Positions 1 to 11,530 of a stretch of DNA of 64,000 bases are shown piece after piece (the stretch's first letter is position 1; each line of letters opens with the position of its first letter). Origin of the DNA: Mugil cephalus (Eukaryota); the NCBI RefSeq assembly GCF_022458985.1, contig NC_061776.1, positions 8,322,591-8,386,590 on the forward strand, in the 5' to 3' direction. The position numbers were made by a program, and so were the translations under genes. A model generated the notes under the pieces. The model was not told where the DNA came from and made no database searches. It saw only the letters and a program-made list of their open reading frames with translations.

Positions 1-615
1 ATGTTAATGTTGCTTTTTATTCCAGGGAATTATAAATTGCATGTGGAAACGTACGTTGGGGACTTGGATGGTGTCTCGGCATGTCTTTGTGTTAAGATAA
101 AAGTGTTGTATGTCTTATATGCTCAGAGCGCAGTTTAATTTCCTGTGACTTTTAGATCAGAAGAACTTGGTACTTCTCAAAGAGGTTGTGGTCGATTTCA
201 TGTCTGCTCTTTTTCACTTTTGGTTCCTCATTAACCACACAGGACCCAGTTTTTACCGTATGCCAGTTTAAACCACACTTTTCCCACATTAGTGCAATAT
301 TTCCTCTGTGTATTTTACGTTTTGAAAGAACTGGGGTGCCAACGCTTGCGTCTTTCAAAGTTATTTTTCTGAATTCTTGTCTAAAGACTAGAATATCCAG
401 CTTAATGTTGAGCACTGAGGAAGATCATATTAAAGCTGTGCTACAGTTTACAGCTACAGAAAAGATTTTGAATAAATAAAAGTAACATTATGACCACCTG
501 AGCTCTGACCCGTCCACTAGACCTCTGAAGGTGTGCTGTGGTATCTGACACCAAGATGCTAACAATAGATCCTTTAAGTCCTGCAAGCTTCGAGAATTCA
601 AAGTCTTTGTGATTC

Positions 616-813
616 TCAAACCATTCCAGGAACTCCCTTAAAAGAGGCAACAGCTATAATACCTGAAGGGTGAACGTGGTCTACAGGAATGTTAGCAGTG
701 GAAGGTGGTGGTACGTAACTTGGATGGCAGGGCCTAAGGTCTATATAGCCGAACTCTGGCCAAAACATCACGCTGCCTCTACTGACTTGTCTTGAGTCGT
801 GCGTTCGTCTCAT
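616..813 (-). mobile_element. Decayed Tc1/mariner-type transposase fragment
   Basis: Minus-strand ORF contains ..RGSVMFWPEFGYIDLRP..YVPP..PSGIIAV.., resembling the RGSVMVWGCIS...YI..VL.P.V.P segment of Tc1-like transposases. No intact ORF or TIRs were seen. Confidence 0.3.
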
Positions 814-1191
814 GATCCATCAGGCCAGACCACCTCCTTTGATTGCTCTCCAGAGTCCAGTTTGCACATGTGTCCATCGTAGGAGCTTTCATCCTGCAAA
901 CAAAACAATTAGTGATCCGCTGTGTGTACCTTGTACCACTTTTTGATAGGAACATCCCACAACATCTGCAGTTTTAGTTGATATTTTGTTGCTTATCCAT
1001 CATAATTCTCATTCAAAAATTTCAATTAAATTCAATTGAGTGTATATCCACATGCTTCTTCAGAAGCCTATGGAAGTAGCCATGACAGAATTCTACTTCC
1101 GCTTGCCGGTTTCCTGTTTCCGGTGACCCACAGCTAATCAAAACCATGATCAAAACTAACTGGGGAAATAAAGCTAGCCGAATGTAGTGCA

Positions 1192-1194
<3 letters not shown>

Positions 1195-1254
<60 letters not shown>
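1195..1254. repeat. (TA)n microsatellite, about 30 units
   Basis: Perfect TA dinucleotide run. It explains the (YI)n minus-strand ORF at 1022-1300. Confidence 0.95.
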
Positions 1255-1256
<2 letters not shown>

Positions 1257-2481
1257 TTCAGGTTCAACTTGTGCCGTTTTTGGTTGCCACAACAAATCAA
1301 AGAAAAGTCTATCGAACATCGTTTGTTTTGAGCAACAAAAGCCCTGCACCGCGATCCGGAGAATTCACCTTAAAATGAGAAATGACGCAGGAGGCACTGT
1401 CCCAGAACTATCCCCACATTTTTTTTTAAAAAAAAACATCTATATTATGTATCCACCTCCGATTTATCCCGTTTCTGTGCCATCCGTATCTAAACAGCCA
1501 AACTTTACCGCGATGCTGACAGCTACTGAAACCATGGTAACGTAGCGCTACCGGAAGAGCAAAAACTGGCTTCCGCTATGAATCATGGGTAATATTCAGC
1601 GTCCAGGAAAGAGGTCGTTAATGTTAATAACAATACAAGTTGTGTCAAGACACAAAAATTAAGGCGATGGTAGCAAGAAGAAAAAACTAACAGGAAGAAA
1701 CCTTGAGCAGAACCGTAAGCTCATATGGAGGAACCCATCTGCTTACGACCAAAGAAAAGAAGAAGCAGGAGAAACAAGGTAAACTTCTGTCATAAATACA
1801 TACATTGACTGAAGGGAACACGTAGAATCTAACAATACAAGATATTTTGCTGATGATGTTATGTCACAGTTTGAGTATAAGTTGTGCATTTGCCTGATAT
1901 GTCCCACCTGCCAACAGGCACCAAGATAATTTAGATAACAAGTGTTATTCACATCAACCGTTGTTGGTCATAATGTTATAGCTGATCAATGTAGATGGCT
2001 GCCTTATAACTTTTTAATTAAACTAATATATTGTATGAACAAATGCAAATGAGTGACTTGTTGCTTCAAAAGAAAGAAGCAAATCCTTTCATTGAAGCTG
2101 AAATCTCAAATTTGAGGCAGAACTATCCATCGACATACATGCAATGTTGTCAGAACTTAACCAGACGCTGCGTCTTAGACTTGATCACACACAAAAAAAA
2201 AACAACGTGCACAAATGGGACACTGACAAAACATCTGTCACACATATTTATTGTAAAAAATACATATAAAAACAATTTCTGAGACATACAAAAGATCGGA
2301 GCTTAGAAACAGTATATTGAACAGACAAGGACCGAGCCGTTATTTTTCTTTTTCTGTCTTAAATTGCATTACATATTTACAATTTAATAATAAATAAAAT
2401 TCAATTTCGTCTTTATACCAGAGTTAAAGGCAGATTGTCCATTTCTTGTGGATGCAGACGCCGCTGCGGTGGTGACTCTTT

Positions 2482-2803
2482 GAAAAAACAAAACAAAAAA
2501 AACAAAAAAAAAAAACAACATTCTTGTCTAATGGCCTCGAATGGCGGGGGCGGACGCAGCGGCGACCCCAGGCCGTGGATTTAGGGACATTTATACAAAA
2601 CACCATCCTTGATTGGAGAGGAGCTAGTTTACACACACACACACACGCACACACAGAGCATTTAGCTAGCATTGGTAGAAATTGAGGTATTGCACCGCAC
2701 ATCTTAGAGGGGGGGTAGGAAAGTAAAAGAGAGTAATGTGGGGTTTTAGATTGTCTTGTTATCATTAGTGACAACCCAACCTCCTCAACCTCCTCTACCA
2801 CCA

Positions 2804-2835
<32 letters not shown>

Positions 2836-3953
2836 CCTCAGAAACACACAAAACACCCCCACACCCCTCCCAGCCAAAAGTATACAACATCATAACTTAT
2901 CACCACAGCAAATGTTAACACCTAGTGATCGATGCCTCCCCCGTAATCGCACAAACAAGACTTCAGGCATCTTTTTTTTTTTTTTGTTTGTCGTTGTTGT
3001 TGTTTTTGTCCTATCATCAAAATACAAAATATGAGAAACATGCACAGGGCCGCCCTCTATTGGCGGGGCAGGGAGTAGCACCTCAGACTGTAGAACAACA
3101 GAGAAGAGACCCAGAGGCTGGGGAAGAAGTGGGGGGGGAAGAGGGGAGTGGGGGGGGGGGGGACCGGACCTCTAAAACCGATCCACACCGAGTTAATCGC
3201 ATGGAACAGATTGACCTTTCATTTCATGTTTTTTGTTCTTTCCACTGGCCTGTCCGCAACCTGTCTCTTAGACAGCATTTGACGAGCAGCCGTCGCTTAT
3301 TTGGCCGCTACCATCACCACCACCTCGGGTTCAGCCCTTAAAAAAACAACAAAAAAAAAAGAAATATAAAAAAAAAAAAAAACAACCACCACCCCGTCAC
3401 CATTCAAAGGCAATCGCAAAAGACACGCAAAAGAAAAGGCAAAAAGAAAGCTGTTTAACACATAATCATGAGCAACGTTGTAATATAATAGCAGAAATCC
3501 TATTTTTTTTTTTATTTAAAAAAAAAAAAAGAGAGAGAGAGAGAGAGGGGTGAGGGTTAGAGGGCTGCTTATGTAATAATTAACCATCAGCTGTCCATAG
3601 CCTCCAGTGTTGCGGAGAGAGGCAGATGCCACATGGTGTAAACATGCCCCAAAAAAAAAAAAAAACACCCCTCCATCCATTCGTCCCTTTATCCCCCCTC
3701 CCGCGATCCGGCATTAAAGCAGCCAGATGGCGAAACTGTCACTCGGGAGCTGGTCCAAAAAAAAAAAAAAAAATCCGGACTACACCCCTGTAGAGAGTTT
3801 GAGAGTGAGGCGGGAGGAGGGGGGGACACAAGAAAAAGAAAAAACAAAAAAACTGGAACATGTCGAGTACCAAAATGCAGTAAATTAAAATTAAAAAAAA
3901 GAAAAGCTTTGAACCCGCTTCTTCAACAAGCAGACCTCTGGGCAATTTACAGT

Positions 3954-3989
<36 letters not shown>

Positions 3990-4740
3990 GAATATACAGT
4001 CATGCTCAGGACATATCTTGTCCCTGGTCGTTGTCGTCTGAACACAAACACACTCAATCTTATCCCAGAACTTATGACAAAAATAAAGAAAGAAAGAAAG
4101 AAAAAAAAAAAGCCTCGACGGACAAAAAAGTGCTCAAAACGGCGCTACTACGGCAACTACGGTCACCGAGCAGCAGCACATCATCAAAACTCAGCGCTAA
4201 CCTACAAGAAACTGACCTGGGGGAGGGAGGGGGGGGGTAAAAACAGAAGAAGAAGAAGAAGAAGAAGAAGAAGAAATTAGCCCCCAAAACTTCCTCCGAA
4301 ACGCTGACAGAAAACATCTATTAACAGCAGCCTCCTCCCCTTTCACCAAAAAAAAATCAAGCCCTCACCCTCCGGCTGGTTCAAAGTAAAGAGGCAACGT
4401 CCATGTGTTCACGCTTTCAGTGTGAGGTCGGATCATCTGGGGCGAGCCGAGGAAAGAAAACATTCATCCGATGCGTGACGTGGAACAATACTCTTGTTTT
4501 GTTTTGTTTTTTTTTTTGTTTGTTTTTAGTTGTTTTTTTTTTTTTTTTTGCAAAATACTTGATAAAATAAAAATATCCCGTTGGGAAGGAGATAAAAATA
4601 CACAGGAGAGGATCCAGAGTCACAGTTAATGTGATTCTTTTTTTTTTTCTTCTTCCAGGTTCAAGATCGTTCCGGGATGATAAGATTTATTTATTTTTTT
4701 TTCCTTCTTCTTCTTCTTCTTCTTCTTCTTCTTCAGCGGA
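2482..4740. repeat. Simple-sequence-dense tract
   Basis: It contains A-rich runs at 2482-2520, (AC)n at 2631-2665, (CCG)n at 2796-2831, T-rich runs at 2960-3010, G-runs at 3123-3160, A-runs at 3340-3385, (GA)n at 3527-3548, (CA)n at 3953-3987, (GAAA)n at 4085-4111, (GAA)n at 4244-4276, T-runs at 4497-4550 and (CTT)n at 4708-4736. ORFs here are repeat translations (polyP, (HT)n, polyR). Confidence 0.9.
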
Positions 4741-5489
4741 TTAAACAACCGGCACTTCTGTTCACACGAGGCAGATTTAATTGGAGCGGCCGTCGTGGAG
4801 TTTTTGGCGTGGGAGGGTCAAATGTGGGTTCTGCGATTCCAAGAGGAGAGCGTCCGCTGAAATACTGGCGTCTGAGAGGGACGGCGAGCTTTTTGTTTGT
4901 TCAATTACACACGTTTATTAGGATCTTATTGGGATTCAGTGTAGTCTCCTGGAAGGGACAGAGAGAGAGACAGAGAAGTTTAGTTAAAGTTTCACTTTAA
5001 CTAAAAATAACTAAAAAACATTTATTATTCCCAAACTAATTCAATTTACAGGCACTCACCGTAACATACATAATTTTTAACGATAGAGAAATACATACAC
5101 ACAACTTTCCATAGTTTCCATTTAAAGGCCTGATATACTATTTAGAAGTTGTATTCATCATGTGAACGTAAAGGATTCCTCACATTTAAGAACTAACAGC
5201 AACTATGTAACGTACCACAGCGACCACAATTTGCTCATATGTTCTGCGCCCACGTGAAAGTTACAGCGTGTGCGTTTACGTGCATTTCTTATCTTATTGC
5301 TTCCACCTGCCCAAGGACTGCAGCTGGAAATTAGCCATTAGCTAAATCCGGTACAAAACATTTGCCTTATGTAATCAATGTATTTTTTACATGGTTCCTT
5401 CAAGAAATAAACTAAATAAAAAAAAGAAAAAAAAGAAAATGGGTAATAACTCTCCATACCAGCAGGTGGCATTAGTGTGTAATCATGAT

Positions 5490-6420
5490 GCAAAATGGGA
5501 AAACCCGAATGGCCCCGAGGCTGAACAGTGGAATGTGAGATGATACTACTAATAATAAAAAAAGAAGCCTTTCTGCGTGAACTTTGAGCTACGTCATCCT
5601 GTTTGCGTTCGTCACGTCTCACTGAGCTGATCAGCCAATCACAGAGATCCATCTGACCGGCCCTGCATTCATCTAAATCTATTGGTTTTGTTTTGTTTTG
5701 TTTGAGTTAATTATTTTCTTTGTTCATCTGTTGGGTTTTGTTTGAATAAAACTGCTAATTATGCCCCAATTTATAAAAACAACAAAAAAAAAATGAATCA
5801 ATCATCTGATATGTCAGCGATGGGATTAATTACAGGTTGCAGCTCTTGCCTCTGACGTAGACACACCCCGCATCAACTTTTCTTTGGGGGGTGTGTAGCT
5901 GCCGGAGATACAATAACATTTCGTGCTTTAAAAATCTGTTACTGTTTCTGTTGTTTTAGCATGCATAGTGTATCATATCAAATGGAAACCCAATGGCCCG
6001 AGTGCAACATGGAATGTGAGATATACTACTATAATAAAAAAAGAAGCCTTCTGCGTGAACTTGAGCTACGTCATCCTTTTGCGTTCGTCACGTCTCACTG
6101 AGCTGATCACCAATCCAGAGATCCATCTGACGGCCTGCATTCATCTAAATCTATTGTTGTTTTGTATTTGTTTGAGTTAATTATTTTCTTGTTCATCTGT
6201 TGGGTTTGTTTGAATAAACTGCTAATTATGCCCCAATTTATAAAACACAAAAAAAATGAATCAATCATCTATATGTCAGCGATGGATTAATTACAGGTTG
6301 CAGCTCTTGCCTCTGACGTAGACACACCCCGCATCAACTTTTCTTTGGGGGGTGTGTAGCTGCCGGAGATACAATAACATTTCGTGCTTTAAAAATCTGT
6401 GTTACTGTTTCTGTTGTTTT
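5490..6420. repeat. Tandem duplication of a roughly 460-bp unit
   Basis: Copies are about 5490-5957 and 5975-6420. Blocks of 60-100 bp are near-identical. Copy 2 carries many 1-2 bp deletions relative to copy 1. Each copy contains ACGTCA and TGACGTAG CRE-like half sites and a CCAAT (agccaatcac / caccaatcc) motif. Confidence 0.85.
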
Positions 6421-6958
6421 ATTGCTTTTATGTCAAACGTTCTTATTCTGCCCATGTGCAGCATTTAGTTTCGGCCCCTGGTTGTTTTTAGAGTTGAGTT
6501 GAGTGGAGGACGTTCTGTTCAGAGGAAAATTCTTGTGTTTGGACATTTTACGTCTCAGTTATTTTAGGAACTCAGGAACGACTTTTAAAACATTTGCTGC
6601 TGTGTCTGTATATACGCTGTGGACTCTTCATTTTATTTTATTGCTAATACTAGTGAACGTCCTCATCTGCTGTGCACTTTAGTTATTGTTTGCTTTAGCG
6701 TTAGCATAATGTCTGTCTTCATCTGTTGTGACTGCACTTCTCACGGTGGGACACTAAGAAACGGTTTTTTTGATTCCTTTGTGTGTCTGGTAAAGCTAAA
6801 GCTAAAGCTAACTTTGCCAAACATGCCATGACTTGGCCCACGTGTGGTGACGTGGTGAGATGCAAACGTTAGCGGCCGCAGCAGACTCCGGTAACTCTCC
6901 GTCTCGGGTCCAAACACGTACCTGAGTCGGGGTTGGTCACTGGGGCAGAACACGCGAG

Positions 6959-7016
6959 TCAATCGAAGGGGTGCTCGGGGCAGCAGGGCTTCACCTTGGA
7001 CCAGGAGTCGATGCAG
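6959..7016 (-). CDS. znrf2: znrf2-like last coding exon
   Basis: Minus-strand acceptor ttgtctcttgtgcag at plus 7017-7019, then (S)CIDSWSKVKPCCPEHPFD and TGA at 6959-6961. The phase-2 join with the upstream RING exon gives ...CLCVYHKS CID.... It matches the ZNRF C-terminus GCIDEWFEVNRSCPEHPSD*. The 3'UTR continues to lower coordinates. Confidence 0.7.
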
Positions 7017-7439
7017 CTGCACAAGAGACAAGACAAACGGGACATTTGATCAGCTCGTGTTAACGCGGCAGAACATTTGAAGTCTCCCACGGGGCGTAAT
7101 CCACTTAAACCAGATTAAATGTAATCACTGCGGCCGGGCTGCGAATCCCTTTAAAGTTTCGCTGGCCTGTTTGAGGGACAAGAGATAAGACGTCTAAAGC
7201 TCCCGCTTACGTTTATTTACTTTAATCACTGATGTAAAGCTGAAACAATGAGCTGATGCTTCATTGACACTGAGCAGATTTTCCCTTTTTTTTTTTTTTT
7301 TTTTAACACCGTCAATTTAACCAGATCAAGGCGACAAATGACGAGTTTAAACCACAGTGAAAACAATAATTAACCTCGTATTGTTCCAGGCTTTTCGCAG
7401 GCTGTTTAGGACGTGCCCGAAGTCAATTCAATGCTGTTC

Positions 7440-8170
7440 ATGAACATTTTGGGGCTCGTGTTTGGTCCTGGCCTCGTTTGAAAACCGAGACTCTGCAGTT
7501 TCTATCACAAAAGTCAGAATCACTCTGAGTGGTTTTGTTCTTGAGGAATGAAAGTTGTCGCACAGTAAAAAAAAAAAAAAATGAGTGGGTCAAATCCCAC
7601 AATGACTTTTATTAGTGAAATCAGAAGAAAAGTTGCGTATTTCATGCGGCATTTACTCAAAAACAACTCGCGTACAGAGCCGTGACTGATTGAAAGAGCT
7701 GCTGCTGTCTCATATACCACCCAGAGGAATGTTCAGGTCATTAGGTACACGAGTGTAAACAGACGCCTTCTAATACAGGCTAAATATGGTATTCAGGTTT
7801 GTATAGGCACCATAACAGAAATACACCATATAACAGAAACACTTTAACTATGAGGCCTTTAGTGATTTTCAGGTCAAGGATCCTCAGACTGATGGAGAGA
7901 TTAAGTAGTGACCCATTACCTACTGTATGTGTTGTATATTAAACTTGGCCTAGTGCTATTTATAAATAAACATTATTATTATCATTTTGCATTCAATATT
8001 AAGTTATCTCTTATCCCTTTACTAAAATATGTTGGATTCATGTTAATGTGTTTGTAAAGAAATTAAAATTTGTGTGGGAAATTAAAAAAAAAAAATCATC
8101 AACCAAAGATTTTGTGACCCCCCACGTAGTAGCCCTGTGGACCCCCTGTTGCAGACATAAGCTTTAACTG
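7440..8170. repeat. Dispersed repeat family C, composite copy
   Basis: Positions 7440-7860 are homologous to 16690-17070. Positions 7860-8165 are homologous to 34255-34470 and to 61030-61460. Shared strings include ctatcacaaaagtcagaatcactctgagtgg and ttactaaaatatgttggattcatgttaatgtg. Confidence 0.8.
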
Positions 8171-9659
8171 AATCCAGCTCAACAGCACCACAAACCAGCT
8201 TCTAACATAAACTGAACATTATTATTATTGTTGTTGTTGTTATAACCTTCATGAAGCTAAGATTGTCACATCAGCACGCATTTGCTTTCACTTGTGTACC
8301 TAATATTTTGGCGACTCTGCATTAATTATTAATTATTTTCATCCATGTCACGGTTCACAGTGATTTTAAGTTGCCGGTGGCGTTTTTTTTTTTTTTTTTT
8401 CCCTTTTCTTCCAAATCACTGTACAGGGTGGATTGAAACGTTAATTACACAGCCACACCTACGAGCCGAGGTACAGAACTGAAAGTCAAACCCTCCCTGA
8501 GAAGAAAATCAAAGTCAGGCGGCCTCATCTGAGATGAACTGACGTTGGCGGTTAATTTGTCGTAGTGTGGGAAAACGGAGGGTGGGTGCGTAAATCCGTC
8601 TGCTGCTCGTACATCTACTTATAACACACAATGATGGCTCAGCTCTGACTTAAAAATAAAGCGATAGACGGCCTGAACTTGTCGTCTCCTACGCTGGAGC
8701 TAAAGTGAAACGAAACTAAAGGCTCCTTGGAAGTCGGGAGTGGCAAAACACCAAGCGCCCTTTGAAACTGAGATACAGTAAATGGCAGTAAAGGGCTGAA
8801 ACATGCAAAAAAAAAAAAACACTGGTGGCTGCCCTTCCGCAGCTTCGCAGCAATTTATTTTTCCGCGAACTTTCGAAATTGTCACAAAACTCTTGGCTAA
8901 CGGATCCTGCAGACCCCTGAGCGAGTCGGATCAGAACGTAATGAGTCGATTCAACGGAGGCACAAGCTCTCGGCCCTATTTAAAATTAACTGTTAGACCA
9001 CACAAACACTTATTTCGCTCAGTAATGGGAACATATCCCGTTTGAAATATAATGATTCATGCATGCCAGGATAACTTTAGAACGTCCCATCATGGGAAAG
9101 GACACTGGGTCCCTCTCTGTGCACTGGTGCTTCCTTGTTTTCTGTAGAACGGTCACCACACGTTTTCAGTTGCAGAAACCACAAAAACAAAAGGGACCAG
9201 AGAGAAGAGCCGAGACGTGATGTGTAAAGTTAGGTTGTAAGTCACAGACTGATTAAAACCAACACCAAAGAACAACCGGCTACAAAGGGGCTGCGTGAAC
9301 ACACCACAAAGGTAAAGGCTGTTGCATACGACCTTTTTTCTCATGTCGTGTTCGGACGCTACTCTGTGATAGGTCAGAATATGGAAGTGGGCGTGGTTAA
9401 TCCAGAAAAGCGGAAACGCAAATTTATTATTTATTTACTGCAAAATAATTCGCCTTTGTTCGTCTATGCCAGTAACGTATGGTGTCAATTAAACACTCTT
9501 CCACTAGGTGGCAGCAGCTTGATAATTAACCTGTGTAGCTGCTGCCATTCAACAGCAGAATAAGTCACGATGCTTCGAGGCGAGACGGCGGTGATGGCGA
9601 TGGATAAGATAAATACTGGAAAAGGAATCCGAACTGGGTCCTCATGGGGTTCTCATTTA

Positions 9660-10330
9660 GTGTCAGGTAATATTAATTTATGCTGTATTTATTTATTTAT
9701 TTATTTTTTTGATGAAGTACATTAAGTTACTTCTTAAGTTACGTTCTGGAGGGCTGTCAGATAAGTTTGCGGATGTTGTTGTTTTGGTGTAGTTACGGCC
9801 TAAAATAACTATTTCAGTTCCAACAATAAATAAGAACAAAAAAAAAATAAAATAAAATAAAATAAAAGTATTTGCCGTCACTCCTCGTCATCCCTTTAAC
9901 GTCCGGTCAGACGCTAACATGGCTAACGTTACTTCTCAGTAAAGCTGTTAGCGTTAGCATCTTTTATTTAGCTACATTTATCATAAATTAAATGACCAAA
10001 AGCTAAACTGAGGCTAATTCACTTTTCAAAATAAGTAAATCTAGTACAAAGCTGTTGTCGCTGTCATACTGGGTCATACTGTAGTATATTGCGTATTTCC
10101 CAGCATTAAAATCAGGTCCGTATAAATATCAGAACTGATTTCTGGCCATATGTCAGTGTCCATGAACCATTTGCTGTTTGTTAGTTAATATGAATCATTT
10201 CCGAGTCCAATTGTCTTTCATTTGATCTGATAATCCACATTTTCCCCCAGTCTCACTGCATTTACTGATACATTTCCCCATGTTTTTGCCACTCAGGGGG
10301 CGTGGCCAGAACAGTATGTAAGAACCATAA
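9660..10330. repeat. Dispersed repeat family B, copy 1
   Basis: Homologous to 34800-35185 in the same orientation and reverse-complementary to 22757-23420 and 62950-63800. It ends ...gtttttgccactcagggggcgtggcc and contains a gctaacgttagc palindrome. Confidence 0.8.
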
Positions 10331-10752
10331 CAGAAAGCTGACACATATCTGCGTTAAATAACTCTTCATACCAAATAATAATATTAATAATAAAAAGGAT
10401 TGATCCATAAAATCCTCAGATCTTTCATTTCCTAAGTCCTTTTGTTAGAAGTCTTGCGCAGTGAGATTAGTTCAAGTGTGACGGAGATTCAAGACATGAT
10501 GCAAGACGTGAAACTCGAGGCAAAATACTGTGGTAATTCCCTAAATCTCCGGAACTGGTGACAAAATCAGTTTTAGTTTTAAGTAAAAGTGAAACAAATG
10601 TTTCTAAATGAACTGACATCGTATTGAACCCCGAACCACGGCATCAGCAGCGGTGCCCTGCACGAGCCAACCTCCCATCGCTGGTGGTCAGATGCGGGCA
10701 AATTGTCGATTAGCCAATAGACAGATGATGTGTAAACACTGAACTTGGTTAC

Positions 10753-10858
10753 CTCTTATGGTAGACGCAGAGGCAAGCCAGTCTGGCGATGGTCTCTCCC
10801 TGAACCAGATCCTCCAAACAGATAGAGCACTCTCCGCTGTCTTTGCTGAGCACATCCG
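10753..10858 (-). CDS. znrf2: znrf2-like RING-H2 exon
   Basis: Minus-strand acceptor tttatttgcag and donor AG|GTAACC. It encodes (T)DVLSKDSGECSICLEDLVQGETIARLACLCVYHK. This is near-identical to ZNRF2 DVLSKDAGECAICLEELQQGDTIARLPCLCIYHK. Confidence 0.85.
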
Positions 10859-10962
10859 CTGCAAATAAACACACAGAGCAACAAGAAGACGCCTTTAAAA
10901 ATACATACACACACACACATACACACACAGCTGCTGGAGCATTTCTGTGATGTGATGCTTAC

Positions 10963-11087
10963 TGTTATACGGTAGGGGAGGTGAGGTGAGGCAGCTCAAC
11001 AGGTGATCCTCAATCCGCCCCCCGGGGAAAGGCTTCGAGCAGAAAGGACATCGGATATCTGGAGAGGGCGGAGGAGACACGGCAGAG
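10963..11087 (-). CDS. znrf2: znrf2-like zinc-finger exon
   Basis: Minus-strand acceptor aattacag and donor A|GTAAGC. It encodes SAVSPPPSPDIRCPFCSKPFPGGRIEDHLLSCLTSPPLPYN. ZNRF2 has FKCPVCSKFVSSDEMDLHLVMCLTKPRITYN at this point. Confidence 0.75.
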
Positions 11088-11270
11088 CTGTAATTAACTC
11101 ACTGTGTCGCTGTGAGATATAAAAAATAGATAGATGATGCGCGTGCGAAAGCGGCGTCCAAACAGAGATGTGTTTGGACGCCGCAAAACCACAGAGCAGC
11201 CGCAGTGAGTCAGGGCGAATGCAGCGCGCGCTCTCCCCTCCTAGAGACGGTGTGAATGAATGCGGCCGAC

Positions 11271-11415
11271 CTTAAATAGGTCCGTTCGACTGCGTGCACC
11301 ATTTGAAAACAGTGACTCAGGCCTGAGGGATCCAGAGCCATCTGTGGATGGGAGCTGCCATTCGGAAACCGGTGCCTTGCTGCCCTACATTCCCCCTCCT
11401 CCATGCGAGGGGCGG
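11271..11415 (-). CDS. znrf2: Candidate znrf2-like exon 2 inside a GC-rich island
   Basis: The phase chain requires an exon of length 3n+1 between exon 1 and the zinc-finger exon. A minus-strand acceptor ttggcag and donor AG|GTCGGC give 145 bp. It encodes ..GSSHPQMALDPSGLSHCFQMVHAVERTYL, with weak similarity to ZNRF2 ..SLPAHLSPHMFGG. The boundaries are unconfirmed. Confidence 0.35.
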
Positions 11416-11515
11416 CTGCCAACGGAGAGCGCTGGCATGTGAAGTTGTGACCCATTTCCCTACACTTGCTAGAGGGCTGGCCCGGGATAGCCGCCACACC
11501 GTTGTGTTTTGGCTC

Positions 11516-11530
11516 AAAAAAAAAAAAAAA
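11516..11530. repeat. A15 homopolymer
   Basis: Uninterrupted A run in znrf2-like intron 1. Confidence 0.9.

Noticed and set aside
1022-4317. ORFs encoding (YI)n, polyPro, (HT)n, poly-Arg and poly-Phe
   Set aside because: Direct translations of (TA)n, (CCG)n, (CA)n, (GAA)n and T-runs. There is no coding potential.
10600-10740. Minus-strand peptide ..IDNLPASDHQRWEVGSCRAPLLMPWF.. weakly resembling the ZNRF C-terminus
   Set aside because: It lacks the Cys/His metal ligands and has the wrong order. The genuine terminal exon (..CIDSWSKVKPCCPEHPFD*) is at 6959-7016 with a proper acceptor and phase.
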